From NCBI GenBank assembly GCA_038087875.1, contig JAXLNO010000600.1:248001-312000 (forward strand): 64,000 nucleotides of DNA, in the 5' to 3' direction. How positions within the stretch are numbered: the first letter of the stretch is position 1; each line of letters starts with the position of its first letter. The position numbers and the translations under genes were made by a program. The DNA comes from Malacoraja senta (lineage: Eukaryota). Below the pieces are notes generated by a model, which was not told where the DNA came from, did not search any database, and worked only from the letters and a program-made list of their open reading frames with translations. Positions 1-11,337 of this stretch are shown here, piece after piece.

Positions 1-267
1 GCCTGGTTCCGTGCAGTATCTCTAAACTAAACCAATGCAGTGAATGCAGCCGAATCTTGGTGTCTTTTTCATTAAGTTTCCTTTTGTTTAGAGATTATTG
101 CTTTGTCGCTGGTATAATCCGTCTTATTTATTCTGATAAGGCTCTGGTATGTCAGATAAGGACACAAGTTATTGAGTTCATACTGTATTTCAGGAGTATA
201 GTCATATTATTGACAGCCAATAACTACAAAATGTGTGTTCCAATATTTAGTAACACTGCAATAATTC

Positions 268-815
268 GACAATAGGTGCAGGAGTAGGCCATTCGGCCCT
301 TCAGGCCAGCACCGCCATTCACTGTGATCATGGCTGATCATCCACAATCAGTACCCCGTTCCTGCCTTCTCCCCATATCCCCTATCTTTAAGAGCACCCT
401 AGCTAATTCTCTCTTGAAAGCATCCAGAGAATTGGCCTCCACTGCCTTCTGAGGCAGAGAATTCCACAGATTCACAACACTCTGGGTGAAAAGGTTTTTC
501 CTCATCACCGTTCTAAATGGCTTACCCCTTATTCATAAACTGTGGCCCCTGGTTCTGGATTTCCCCAACATCGGGACCATGTTTCCTGCCTCTAGCGTGT
601 CCAATCCCTTAATAATCTTATATGTTTCAATAAGATAACCTCTCATCCTTCTAATCTCCAGAGTGTACAAGCCCAGCTGCTCCATTCTCTCAGCATATGT
701 CAGTCCCGCCATCCCGGGAATTAACCTTGTGAACCTACGCTGCACTCCATCAATAGCAAGAATGTCCTGCCTCAAATTTGGAGACCAAAACTGCACAGGA
801 TACTCCAGGTGTGGT
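268..815 (-). mobile_element. CR1 (HER1-like) LINE 3' fragment
   Basis: QFWSP...VQRRFTRLIPGM...DTLEAGNM remnant with the typical 3' tail. Confidence 0.85.
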
Positions 816-831
816 AATTTTATAGATATAC

Positions 832-990
832 CTTCTGCTTATATTTGTCCATATCTTCTTTATTTCTCTTGGCAAGCTGTTCATACTCAGCATGAATCTC
901 TTTAAGAGCTTGTTCTAGATCTGCTCTATGTGTGTCTCCCTGTTCAAGGTTTTGTATGTGGTCCACCTTCTTCTGCCAATAAACGCGTTC
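832..990 (-). CDS. Intermediate filament gene exon 4 (159 bp; linker L12 and coil 2A)
   Basis: ttttacag|GAACGC...CAGAAG|gtatat. Encodes ERVYWQKKVDHIQNLEQGDTHRADLEQALKEIHAEYEQLAKRNKEDMDKYKQK, resembling the type III DLTAALRDIRAQYE...WYKSK segment. Later exons lie outside the window. Confidence 0.85.
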
Positions 991-2520
991 CTGTAAAAGG
1001 AGGAAGTGCCATAAAGGCTACTTAGCATATCACATAACTCATCAACCAATTTTCATTACAATCACAGTAGACTCTCAGTCTGAAGAAGGGTCTCGACCCA
1101 AAACTTCTGTCCAGAGACGCTGCCTGTCTCGCTGAGTTACTCCAGCATTTTGTGTCTATCTTAGATATTTATTTAACCTTATATCAATCACCCAGCCTAT
1201 CTTCATTTGACTTTTCATAATATGGGATGACACAACGGCACAGCGGTAGAGTTGCTGCCATACAGCGCCAGAGACCAGGGTTTGATCCTGACCACGGGTG
1301 AAGTCTGTACGGAGTTTGTATGTTCTCCCTATGTGCTCCGGTTTCCTCTCACATTCCAAAGATGTGCAGGTTAATTAGCTTCTGTTAATTAGGTGTGGGA
1401 TAGAATTAGTGTGTCGCTTTCCGCCAATTTGCTGATCAGCGCTTTCGTATCACGAAAAGGAGAAGATCCAGCGGCCAAAGGGCTTGTTTCCACACTGGAT
1501 CTGTAAACTAAACCAGACTAAGGTCTTTGACAGCCGTCTAAACTGGAGTGTCATCCTATTTATCATTTTCTGCAATATTTAAAAAAATCATTTCTGCTTA
1601 AAAAATCTCGATAGAATTATATAAAATTATGAGAGGCATAGATAGGACAAGCAGAACCACATTTTCCCAGGTGGAAGTGTCTGGAGGATGGGTCTGGAAG
1701 AAGGGTCTCGACCCAAAACGTCGCCTACTCCTTTTCTCCATAGATGCTGCCTCGCCCGCTGAGTTTCTCCAGCATTTTTGTCTACTTTTGATTTTTCCAG
1801 CATCTACAGTTCCTTCTTAAACAAAGACTGGAGGAGATAGCTTTAAGGTGAAAAGGGCAATATTTAAAGGATATGTTTGGGGCAAGTTTTTTTTTGCAGA
1901 GAGATTTGTGTTGCACTAAGTTTATATTTGGCACAAACAGATAACTTAAAAACACAAAGAGACTGCAGATGTTGGAGCCAAAACAAAAAAAGTCTGGTGG
2001 AATATAATTAAACATATAAAATTATAAAAGGACTGGACAAGCTAAATGCAGGAAAAATGTTCCCAATGTTGGGCGAGTCCAGAACCAGGGGTACACAGTC
2101 TTAGAATAAAGGGGAAGCCATTTAAGACTGCAATGAGAAAAAACTTGTGGAATTCCCTGCCACAGAGGGCAGTGGAGGCCAAGTCACTGGATGGATTTAA
2201 GAGAGAGTTAGATAGAGCTCTAGGGGCTAGTGGAATCAAGGGATATGGGGAGAAGGCAGGCACGGGTTATTGATTGGGGACGATCAGCCATGTTCACAAT
2301 GAATGCCGGTGCTGGCTCAAAGGGCCAAATGGCCTCCTCCTGCACCTATTTTCTATGTTTCTATATTTCTATGAACTCAGCAGGTTAGGCGGCATCTTGG
2401 AGAGAAATTACGTTTTGGGTCAGGATCCTTCTGCACACTGTCCATTTTACTCCAAGGAAGCTGCTGAACAACACTTTGTTTGCGACTATATAATATATTT
2501 TACTTTGTCTTTAGCTTAAA

Positions 2521-2842
2521 CTTCTTCTTGTGAATGAAACATAAACCAAAGGAATAGTTGGATCTCAAGCAGCCAGGTTGTTGTCTCTGCGTCGATGTCT
2601 GTCAGCCCCTGAGCTCCATTTGGTGGGTGGTAGAGCGGGCACCCAGAGATGACATGGTTGGCTGTCTGTTGTTCTGCTCCGCATTCACAGGCTGGGCTCT
2701 GGCGGAGCCCCCATCTCCACATGCTGGCATTGAAACGCCCAACTCCTGTACCAAATCTGTTGAGCTTCACCCATGCTCCTCTGGGGAGGTCAGACCCTGG
2801 ACAGCTTTTATCCGGTTAGGACCCTGGACAGCTTTTATCCGG
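2521..2842 (-). mobile_element. Vingi/Ingi-like LINE 3' fragment
   Basis: LNRFGTGVGRF...CECGAEQQTANHVISGCP C-terminal CCHC motif, (GAA)n tail, direct repeat ttagcttaaa at 2511-2520 and 2843-2852. Confidence 0.65.
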
Positions 2843-3046
2843 TTAGCTTAAAAAAGCTGAGGAACAATTTGGAAAATCTTCATAAAAATATAAAATCCCG
2901 ATATCATTTGGTTCCCAATTGTTTTTACTGAGGGCAAAGCATTATACAATTCAGAATTGTATAACTCTACGACCACATCTTATTTTTGTCTACCTACAAT
3001 TCAGAAATGGTTCTTTAAAAATGCAGCGGGTAAAACAACATTCTAA

Positions 3047-3360
3047 AGGGTCTGTCCCACTGTACGAGCTAATTCAAGAGTTCTCCCGAGTTTCCCCTGA
3101 TTCGAACTCGGAGAATTACGGTAATAGCCGCTCGTAGGTACTCGTGGGCTCTCGTGGACCTTTTTCAACATGTTGAAAAATCTTCACGAGATACTTCACG
3201 AGCTTACCGCGTTTCCCGAGTACGTGCCGTTAGCGTTACGAGCCGCTAAGAGACGTCCTGAGCTCCGACATACCCACTACGTACATTCTACGTGCTTACC
3301 ACAAGTTTTTTTTTAACTCGGGAGAGCTCTTGAATTACCTCGTACAGTGGGACAGGCCTT
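3047..3360. mobile_element. MITE with about 45-bp TIRs (Harbinger-like)
   Basis: agggtctgtcccactgtacgag...ctcgtacagtgggacaggcctt with taa/tta flanks. Confidence 0.78.
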
Positions 3361-3374
3361 TTAACGGTACTCAC

Positions 3375-3470
3375 TTGATCACGTATCTCTTCCAGTTGCC
3401 CGAGTTGTATTTCCATAAGTTTCACCTTACGTTGAAGTTTATCTGCTGCTACGTTGGTCTCATCGGTTTT
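3375..3470 (-). CDS. Intermediate filament gene exon 3 (96 bp)
   Basis: tttcag|AAAACC...GATCAA|gtgagt. Encodes KTDETNVAADKLQRKVKLMEIQLGQLEEIRDQ. 96 bp is the type III IF exon-3 size. Confidence 0.85.
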
Positions 3471-3750
3471 CTGAAAGTACAATTTCATAGTATCAGTTCA
3501 CGTCAACTAGAAAAAAGACAAAAACAGAAACAGCGCCTGGGTTAATTTATGACCGGAAAATAAACCATTCAGAAATTGAGATTGATTAGAGACACAAACA
3601 AGTCTGAGAAATTCTCTCAGGTGGCACAAAGCTAAAAATGTAATCTAACATCGGTCCTTTTACAAAAACAGTCTACAACATTCGAGCAAAAGTCATTTGC
3701 CAAAGGTGTGGGCTACACAGATAGTAACAGGATAAAGAAAGCACTACTTA

Positions 3751-3882
3751 AAGGACCTATCCCACTTACCCAATTTTTTCGGCGACTGCCGGCACCCATC
3801 AGTCGCAGCAGGTCGCTGAAAATTTTGAAAATTTTCGGTGACCGGCTGCGACTATGAAAAAATTGCATGTGGGACAGGCCTT
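3751..3882. mobile_element. Short MITE sharing the same TIR tips
   Basis: aaggacctatcccac...gtgggacaggcctt. Confidence 0.65.
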
Positions 3883-4883
3883 TAAGGGAGCCTCTTCTTG
3901 ATTTGTGGTCATTGAGTGTTATGCTTGGATCCTGCAGCATGGATACCAAAACATTTTATGTGCAGTTTACTTTCCATTTTCTCTCGACTTTGAACACAAT
4001 CCTCATTTCCCCAAATCAATCACATCTTTCTTTGATGCCCTAATTCAATTGCATCTTCTCTAAACTATTCCACCCTTTCTTACCTGTCCCCATCCTGTTT
4101 CTGACCCATCTTGCCCATTCCAATTGCATCCCTGATTCTCCTATACCAAACTGTCCCCAAACCTATATCCTGAATACTATTAGCCTCTTCTACTAATCAA
4201 TTAAAAATGCAGTATGCAGGTAGTCGAGGAACCCATAGACAATAGACAATAGGAGTAGGCCGTTTGGCCCTTTGAGCCAGCACCACCATTCAATGTGATC
4301 ATGGCTGATCATCCCCAATCAGTACCTCGTTCCTGCCTTCTCTCCATATCCCCTATCTTCAAGAGCCCTATCTAGCTCTCTCTTGAAAGCATCCAGAGAA
4401 CTGGCCTCCACCGCCCTCCGAGGCAGAGAATGTCACAGACTTACAACTTTCTGTGTGAAAAAGTGTTTCCTCATCTCCATTCTAAATGACTTAGCCCTTA
4501 TTCTTAAACTGTGGCCCCTGGTTCTGGACTCCCCCAACATCGGGAACATATGGAAAGCTGAATCTGACAGCACTGGAAGTGTGTTTGCACATGGTGAGTA
4601 ATTCAATTCCACAAGTTGTAGATAACACACTCATTTCAAACTCAGACTTCATTACCACAATTTCCTCAGCTACCTGGGACTACCTGACACTATCTGTGTG
4701 GAAAAACTTGCCAATAGGGCTGCTTTTAAATGTCTCCCCTCTCATCTTAAACTTATGCCCTCTAGTTTAAAACATCCCCACAATACTATCAATAATGTCC
4801 CTCATAGGATTCACAAACTTCTAGAAGATCATCGATCAGCTTCAAATGTTCCAATAAGAATAAATCCAGCCTTTCCAATATAA

Positions 4884-5172
4884 AGGACAAAATGCTGGAG
4901 TAACGCAATGGGTCAGGCAGCATCTCTATGGAACATGGATAGGTGATGTTTCACAGAGTGCTGGAGTAACTCAGCGGGTCAGGCAGCATCTCTGGGGAAC
5001 ATGGATAGGTGACGTCTCACCGAGTGCTGGAGTAACTCAGCAGGTCAGGCAGCATCTCTGGGGAACATGGATAGGTGACGTTTCACAGAGTGCTGGAGTA
5101 ACTCAGCGGGTCAGGCAGCATCTCTGGGGAACATGGATAGGTGACGTTTTGGGCTGGGACCCTTCTTCAGAC
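4884..5172 (-). repeat. Four tandem 66-bp units derived from the Penelope pseudo-LTR
   Basis: gagtgctggagtaactcag...ggtgacgtttcaca recurs at 4956, 5022 and 5088, with a more diverged first unit. Confidence 0.9.
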
Positions 5173-5593
5173 TGATTGTTGCGGAGAAAGCTGGAAGAGA
5201 GGAGGGCAGCACAAAGTGTGGCAGGCAATAGGTTGAAACAGGTGTATGTTTTTTCTTGTTTGTAAACCTGTATCTGCAGTTCCTCATCTAACCTTTCCAA
5301 TCTAACCTTCTAGGAAAAGCCTTCCATTCCATGCAACATCCTGGTGAATCTCTTGACACTATTATGTAACAAATCCTTCCTGCAAGGTGGAGATCTGCTC
5401 ACTAAATGCTAAGTGCAGCGATTTACCATTTTGTACAGCTACAACATAACATCCATGATACATTGTGATGACACTCCAGCAAACCGTCAGATTACTGGGA
5501 CTGGAGGCATTTCTCCAGGGGAGTTTTAGTTGTTCTGTGGAATGCAATTTGATCTTGGGACAAGAACAATCCATCCACTTGTCCCCCTGAGTC

Positions 5594-7490
5594 ATAGAAA
5601 CATAGAAAATAGGTGCAGGAGGCCATTCGGACCTTCGAGCCAGCACCGCCATTCATTTTGATCATGGCTGATCGTCCTCTATCAATAACCCGTGCCTGCC
5701 TTCTCCCCATATCCCTTGACTCCACTAGCCCCTAGAGCTCTATCTAACTCTCTCTTAAATCCATCCAGTGACTTGGCCTCCACTGCCCTCTGTGGCAGGG
5801 AATTCCATAAATTCACAACTCTCTGGGTGAAAAAGTTTTTTCTCACCTCTTAAATGACCTCCCCTTTATTCTAAGACTGTGGCCCCTGGTTCTGGACTCG
5901 CCCAACATTGGGAACATTTTTCCTGCATCTAGCTTTTATATGTTTCTATAAGATTCCCCCTCATCCTTCTAAACTTCAGTGAATACAAGCCTAGTCTTTT
6001 CAATCTTTCCTCATATGACAGTCCCGCCATCCCAGGGATCAATCTCGTGAACCTACACTGCACTGCCTCAATCATAAGGATGTCCTTCCTCAAATTAGGA
6101 GACCAAAACTGTACACAATACTCCAGATGTGGTCTCACCAGAGCCCTATACAACTGCAGAAGAACCCTATACAACTGCAGAAGAACCCTATACAACTGCA
6201 GCAGGAGTCACTCCAGCTTTTTGTGTCTCACTTAGTCAGCCCTATCTATTGTGGCAAAAGATGCAGTCTAAACCAAGGATTCCTGATCTCCTAGGTATTG
6301 AAGGCTGTTTGAAAAGACCGTTTAACGCTCCCCTGCAAAACATCTGTCAAAGTGCACCAATGGTGGGACAGCAAAAGACATACAAAGGAAAAACACAAAG
6401 TGCTGGAGTAACACAGGGTGTCAGGCAGCATCTCTGGAGAATATGGATTGGTGACATTTCAAGTCGGAACCCTGCTTCAGTCTGAAGAAGGGACACGCTA
6501 GAGGCAGGAAACATGTTCCCAATGTTGGGGAGTCCAGAACCAAGGGGCAAAGTTTTAGAATAAGTGGTAAGTGATTTAGAACGGAGATGAGGAAAAACTT
6601 TTTCACACAGAGTTATGAGTCTATGGAATTCTCTGCCTCAGAGGGCGGTGGAGGCTGGTTCTCTGGATGCTTTCAAGAGAGATAGATAGAGCTCTTAGGG
6701 ATAGCGTAGTTAAGGGATATGGAGGGAAGGCAGGAACAGGGTACTGATTGTGGATGATCAGCCATGTCGTTTCTTTTCTCTACCTCAGGCAATACATAAG
6801 TGAACAGATTATGCCAGTATGATTATTTAATTTACTAGATGAATAAATAAGACTTAGATATTAATCTGCAATGTTCCATTTAAAGTAAATAAATGGGAGA
6901 TGATCAGCACAGAGGGAATAAGATGACTGAGAGCTAGATAGGGCTCTTAAAGATAGCAGAGTCAGGGGATATGGGGAGAAGGCTTATAGAAACCTATAAT
7001 CTTATAGAAACATATAAAATTATAAAAGCACTGGACAAGCTAGATGCAGGAAAAATGTTCCCAATGTTGGGCGAGTCCAGACCCAGGGGCCACAGTCTTA
7101 GAATAAAGGGGAGGCCATTTAAGACTGAGGTGAGAAAAACATGTTTTCATCCAGAGAGTTGTGAATCTGTGGAATTCCCTGCCACAGAGGGCAGTGGAGG
7201 CCAAATCACTGGATGGATTTAAGAGAGAGTTAGATAGAGCTCTAGGGGCTAGTGGAATCAAGGGATATGGGGAGATAGCAGGCACGGGTTATTGATTGGG
7301 GACGATCAGCCATGATCGCAATGAATGGCGGTGCTGGCTCGAAGGGCCGAATGGCCTCCTCCTGCACCTATTTTCTACGTTTCTAAGGCAGGAACGGGGT
7401 GCCGATTGGGGATGATCAGCCATGATCACATTGAATGGCGGTGCTGGCTCGAAGGGCTGAATGGCCTACTCCTGCACCTATTGTCTATTG
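5594..7490. mobile_element. Cluster of CR1 3' fragments (5594-6200 minus; 6490-6765 and 6930-7490 plus)
   Basis: [13 protein letters not shown] and RTRGHSLRI motifs with repeated 3' tails. Confidence 0.85.
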
Positions 7491-7789
7491 ACTGGGTGGA
7501 CAGTTTTTGTTGCTCATGGCACAGGGGCACTGCAAGCATTCCCAGTGTTCTTGGAAAGATAGTAAGCTAACATCCTGATTTGCTGCAGTCCTCGTGGAGG
7601 AGGTACTCATCTTCCAGCCACACAGGAAGCTCCAGGAATCCGATCTTGCGACAATGCAGGAATAGGGATGAATTTTCCAATCATGGTGGAATTTGACTAG
7701 GTGTACTTGCTGTGTGTGTAGCTAACGTCCCAGATGGAAGAATTCCACATTTGTCAGGTACCTCCAAAAACCCTGAAGAGATAGTCAGA

Positions 7790-8635
7790 GAATTTTTACC
7801 CCACCAGCCGTCACATACAACAAATAGTCCTCCGTCATTTTCGCCACCTCCAACGTGACCCCACCACTCGCCACATCTTCCCATCTACCCCCTGTCTGCT
7901 TTCCGCAAAGACTGCTCCCTCCGTAACTCCCTGGTCAATTCTTCCCTTCCCTCCAGCACCACCCCCTCCCCGGGCACTTTCCCTTGTAACCGCAACAGAT
8001 GCTCCACTTGTCGCTTTACCTCCCCTCGACTCCATTCAAGGACCCAAGCAGTCGTTCCAGGTGCGACATATGTTCACCTGCACCTCCTCCAACCTCATCT
8101 ATTGCATCCGCTGCTCTAGATGTCAGCTGATCTGCATCGGTGAGACCAAACGTAGGCTTGGCGATCGTTTCGCCGAACACCTCCGCTCGGTCCGCATTAA
8201 CCAACCTGATCTCCCTGTGGCTCAGCACTTCAACTCCCCCTCCCATTCCGAATCCAACCTTTCTGTCCTGGGCCTCCTCCACGGTCAGAGTGAGCACCAC
8301 CGGAAATTGGAGGAGCAGCACCTCATATTCCGCTTGGGCAGTTTGCACCCTAGCGGCATGAACATTGACTTCTCCAATTTCCGGTAGACCTTGCTGTCTC
8401 CTCCCCTTCTCAGCTCTCCCTCAGCCCTCTGGCTCCTCCTCTTCCTTTCTCCTTTCTTCTCCCCGCCCCCCCCCCCACCCTACACCAGTCTGAAGAAGGA
8501 TTTCTCCTTTCTTCTCCCCGCCCCCCCCCCCCACCCTACATCAGCCTGAAGAATCGGCCCGAAACATTGCCTATTTCCTTCGCTCCATAGATGCTGCTGC
8601 ACCCGCTGAGTTTCTCCAGCACTTTTGTCTACCTG
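7790..8635 (+). mobile_element. Penelope-like element 3' fragment: GIY-YIG endonuclease and pseudo-LTR with hammerhead motif
   Basis: ORF 8061-8387 FTCTSSNLIYCIRC...IGETKRRLGDRFAEH...PVAQHFN, then a pyrimidine tract and ctgaagaa...gcccgaaac at about 8545-8565. Confidence 0.88.
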
Positions 8636-8852
8636 AAAATATACAGGCATGTATGGTACAGAGGTAAAGACAGCATTTGTAGTTCCTCCTTATTCCGAGT
8701 GGTATTACGTTTTCCTTGCTGAAGCTGCAGTTATCCAGACAAGTAATATTCTTGTGTAGGAAGGAACTGTAGATGCTGGTTTACACTGAAGATAGACACA
8801 AAAAGCTGTAGGAACTCAGCGGGTCAGAGAGCATCTCTCGAGAAAAGGAATA

Positions 8853-9149
8853 CAGTGCCCTCCATTATGTTTGGGACAAAGACCCATCATTTATTTATTT
8901 GCCTCTGTACTCCACAATTTGAGATTTGTAATAGAAAAAAAAATCACACGTGGTTAAAGTGCACATTATCAGATTTTAATAAAGGCAATTTTTATACATT
9001 TTGGTTTCACCATATATAAATTACAGTAAAATCTGACAATGTGCACTTTAACCACATGTGATTTTTTCTATGACAAATCTCAAATTGTGGAGTACAGAAG
9101 AAAATACATAAATGATGGGTCTTTGTCCCAAACATTATGGAGGGCATTG
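8853..9149. mobile_element. Tc1/mariner-type MITE with about 125-bp inverted arms
   Basis: ta|cagtgccctcca...tggagggcattg. Nested inside a Penelope mini-element (8755-9254). Confidence 0.8.
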
Positions 9150-9497
9150 TGGGTGTCGTTTCGGTTTGATACCCTTCGTCAGTCTGAAATGACACCTCTT
9201 CTCCAGAGATGCTGGCTGATTCGCTGAGTTACTCCAGCTTTTTGTGTCCATCTTACAAGTAATATTCTTGACAGGTCGTGAAGATGATGGGAAGACTTTG
9301 GGGAAATCTAGTCATTCACCACAGCATAAGCAGTCTCTGATTGTCATAGACGAGTAGGATCAAAGAGCATAGAAACAGGTCGTTTAGCCTACCGTGTCTG
9401 TACCAGCCTTCAAGTTCCTATCAATATTAAAACCAGTTCAATATTAAAACCAGCCTTCTACACCAAAATGTTTCAAGGGATCATCCAATTACTTGTT

Positions 9498-9820
9498 AAA
9501 GCCCTGTCCTACGGTACGAGTTCATTCCAAGCGCTCTCCCGAGTAAAAAAAACAAAACAACTCATGGTAAGCACGGAGAATGAACGTAGCGGGTACGTCG
9601 GAGTTCGGGGACGTCTCTTACCACTAACGGCAGGTACTCGGGAAGACTCGCTAACGGCAGGTAAGCACGGGAAGACTCGTGACGATTTTTCAACATGATG
9701 AAAAATGTCCACGAGAGCCCCGAGTACCGACGAGTGGCCATTACCGTAAATCTCCGAGTTTGAATCAGGGCAAACTCGGGAGAACTCTTGGAATGAACTC
9801 GTACCGTGGGACAGGGCTAT
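9498..9820. mobile_element. MITE related to 3047-3360, opposite orientation
   Basis: gccctgtcctacggtacgagttcattccaag...cttggaatgaactcgtaccgtgggacagggc. Confidence 0.75.
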
Positions 9821-10309
9821 TAAAAAGCAAGAGTGCTTGTGGGCTACGTTTTCATGTTGTAAATGTGAGTGCACCTGGTGCCAACAATTAACATTTCAAC
9901 ACAACCTGCCCTGAGTGAAAATCAACTTCCTCAGGACCCCTTTAAAATCAACCTTTAAATCTAACCCTCTGAGGAAAAAAACACCTTCACATCACCTATC
10001 CTACTTATGCCCCTCAGAAATGTGCTTACCTAGTGAGTCTGCTTTCACGAGCCAGGTATTCTCAACAGCCATTCAGCACAGAAACAAGTCCCTTGGCCAA
10101 ACTTGTCTGAGCCTATCTGAGCCAATCCCATTTGCCTGTGTTTGGCCCATATCTCTCTAAACCTTTCCTAACCTTGTACCTATCCAAATATTTATTTTTA
10201 ATAAAAATATGGCATGTGTACCTGCATTTAACACTTCCTCTGGCAGCCCATTCTATATACCCCACCTCCCTCAGTGTGTCATCTTAAATACATGCCATCT
10301 AGTTTTAAG

Positions 10310-11337
10310 ATGCAGTGACTAGTGGGGTACCGCAAGGCTCGGTGCTGGGACCGCAGCTATTTACAATATACATTAATGATTTAGATGAAGGGATTTAAAG
10401 TAACATTAGCAAATTTGCAGATGACACAAAGCTGGGTGGCAGTGTGAACTGTGAGGAGGATGCTATGAGGATGCAGGGTGACTTGGACAGGTTGGGTGAG
10501 TGGGCAGATGCATGGCAGATGTAGTTTAATGTGGATAAATGTGAGGTTATCCACTTTGGTGGCAACAACAGGAATGCGGATTATTATCTGAATGGTGTCA
10601 AGTTAGGAATTGGGGAAGTACAACGAGATTGGGTGTCCTTGTACATCAGTCACTGAAGGCAAGCATGCAGGTCCAGCAGGCAGTGAAGAAAGCTAATGGC
10701 ATGTTGGCCTTCATAACAAGAGGAGTTGAATATGGGAGCAAAGAGGTCCTTCTGCAGTTGTACAGGGCCCTGGTGAGACAACACCTGGAGTATTGTGTGC
10801 AGTTTTGGTCTCCAAATTTGAAGAAGGACTTCTTGCTATTGAGGGAGTGCAGCGTAGGTTCGCGAGGTTAATTCCCGGGATGGCTGGACTGTCATATGTT
10901 GATAGAATGGAGCGACTGGGTTTGTATACACTGGAATTTAGAAGGATGAGAGGGCATATTATTGAAACATATAAGATTATTAAGGGATTGGACCCGCTAG
11001 AGGCAGGAAACATGTTCCCGATGTTGGGGTAGTCCAGAACCAGGGGCCACAGTTTAAGAATAAGGGGTAAGACATTTAGAACTGAGATGTGGGAAAAAAA
11101 AATTCACCCAGAGTGTTGAAAAACTGTGGAATTCTCTGCCTCAGAAGGCAGTAGAAGCCGATTCACTGGATGCATTCAAGAGAGAGTTAGATGGAGCTCT
11201 TAAAGATAGCGGAGTCAAGCGATATGGGGAGAAGGCAGGAATGGGGTACGGATTGTGGATGATCAGCCATGATCAGTGAATGGCAGTGAATGGCGGTGCT
11301 GGCTCGAAGGGCCTATTCCTGCACCAATTATCTATTG
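10310..11337 (+). mobile_element. CR1 LINE, 5'-truncated
   Basis: SGVPQGSVLG and KFADDTKL through to the 3' tail, with stops and frameshifts. Confidence 0.9.

Noticed and set aside
4884..5172. CRISPR-like appearance of the 66-bp repeats
   Set aside because: No unique spacers, eukaryotic context, and the units derive from a Penelope end.
6143..6200. 21-bp triplication in a CR1 (YRVLLQL repeats)
   Set aside because: Simple slippage in a dead LINE fragment.
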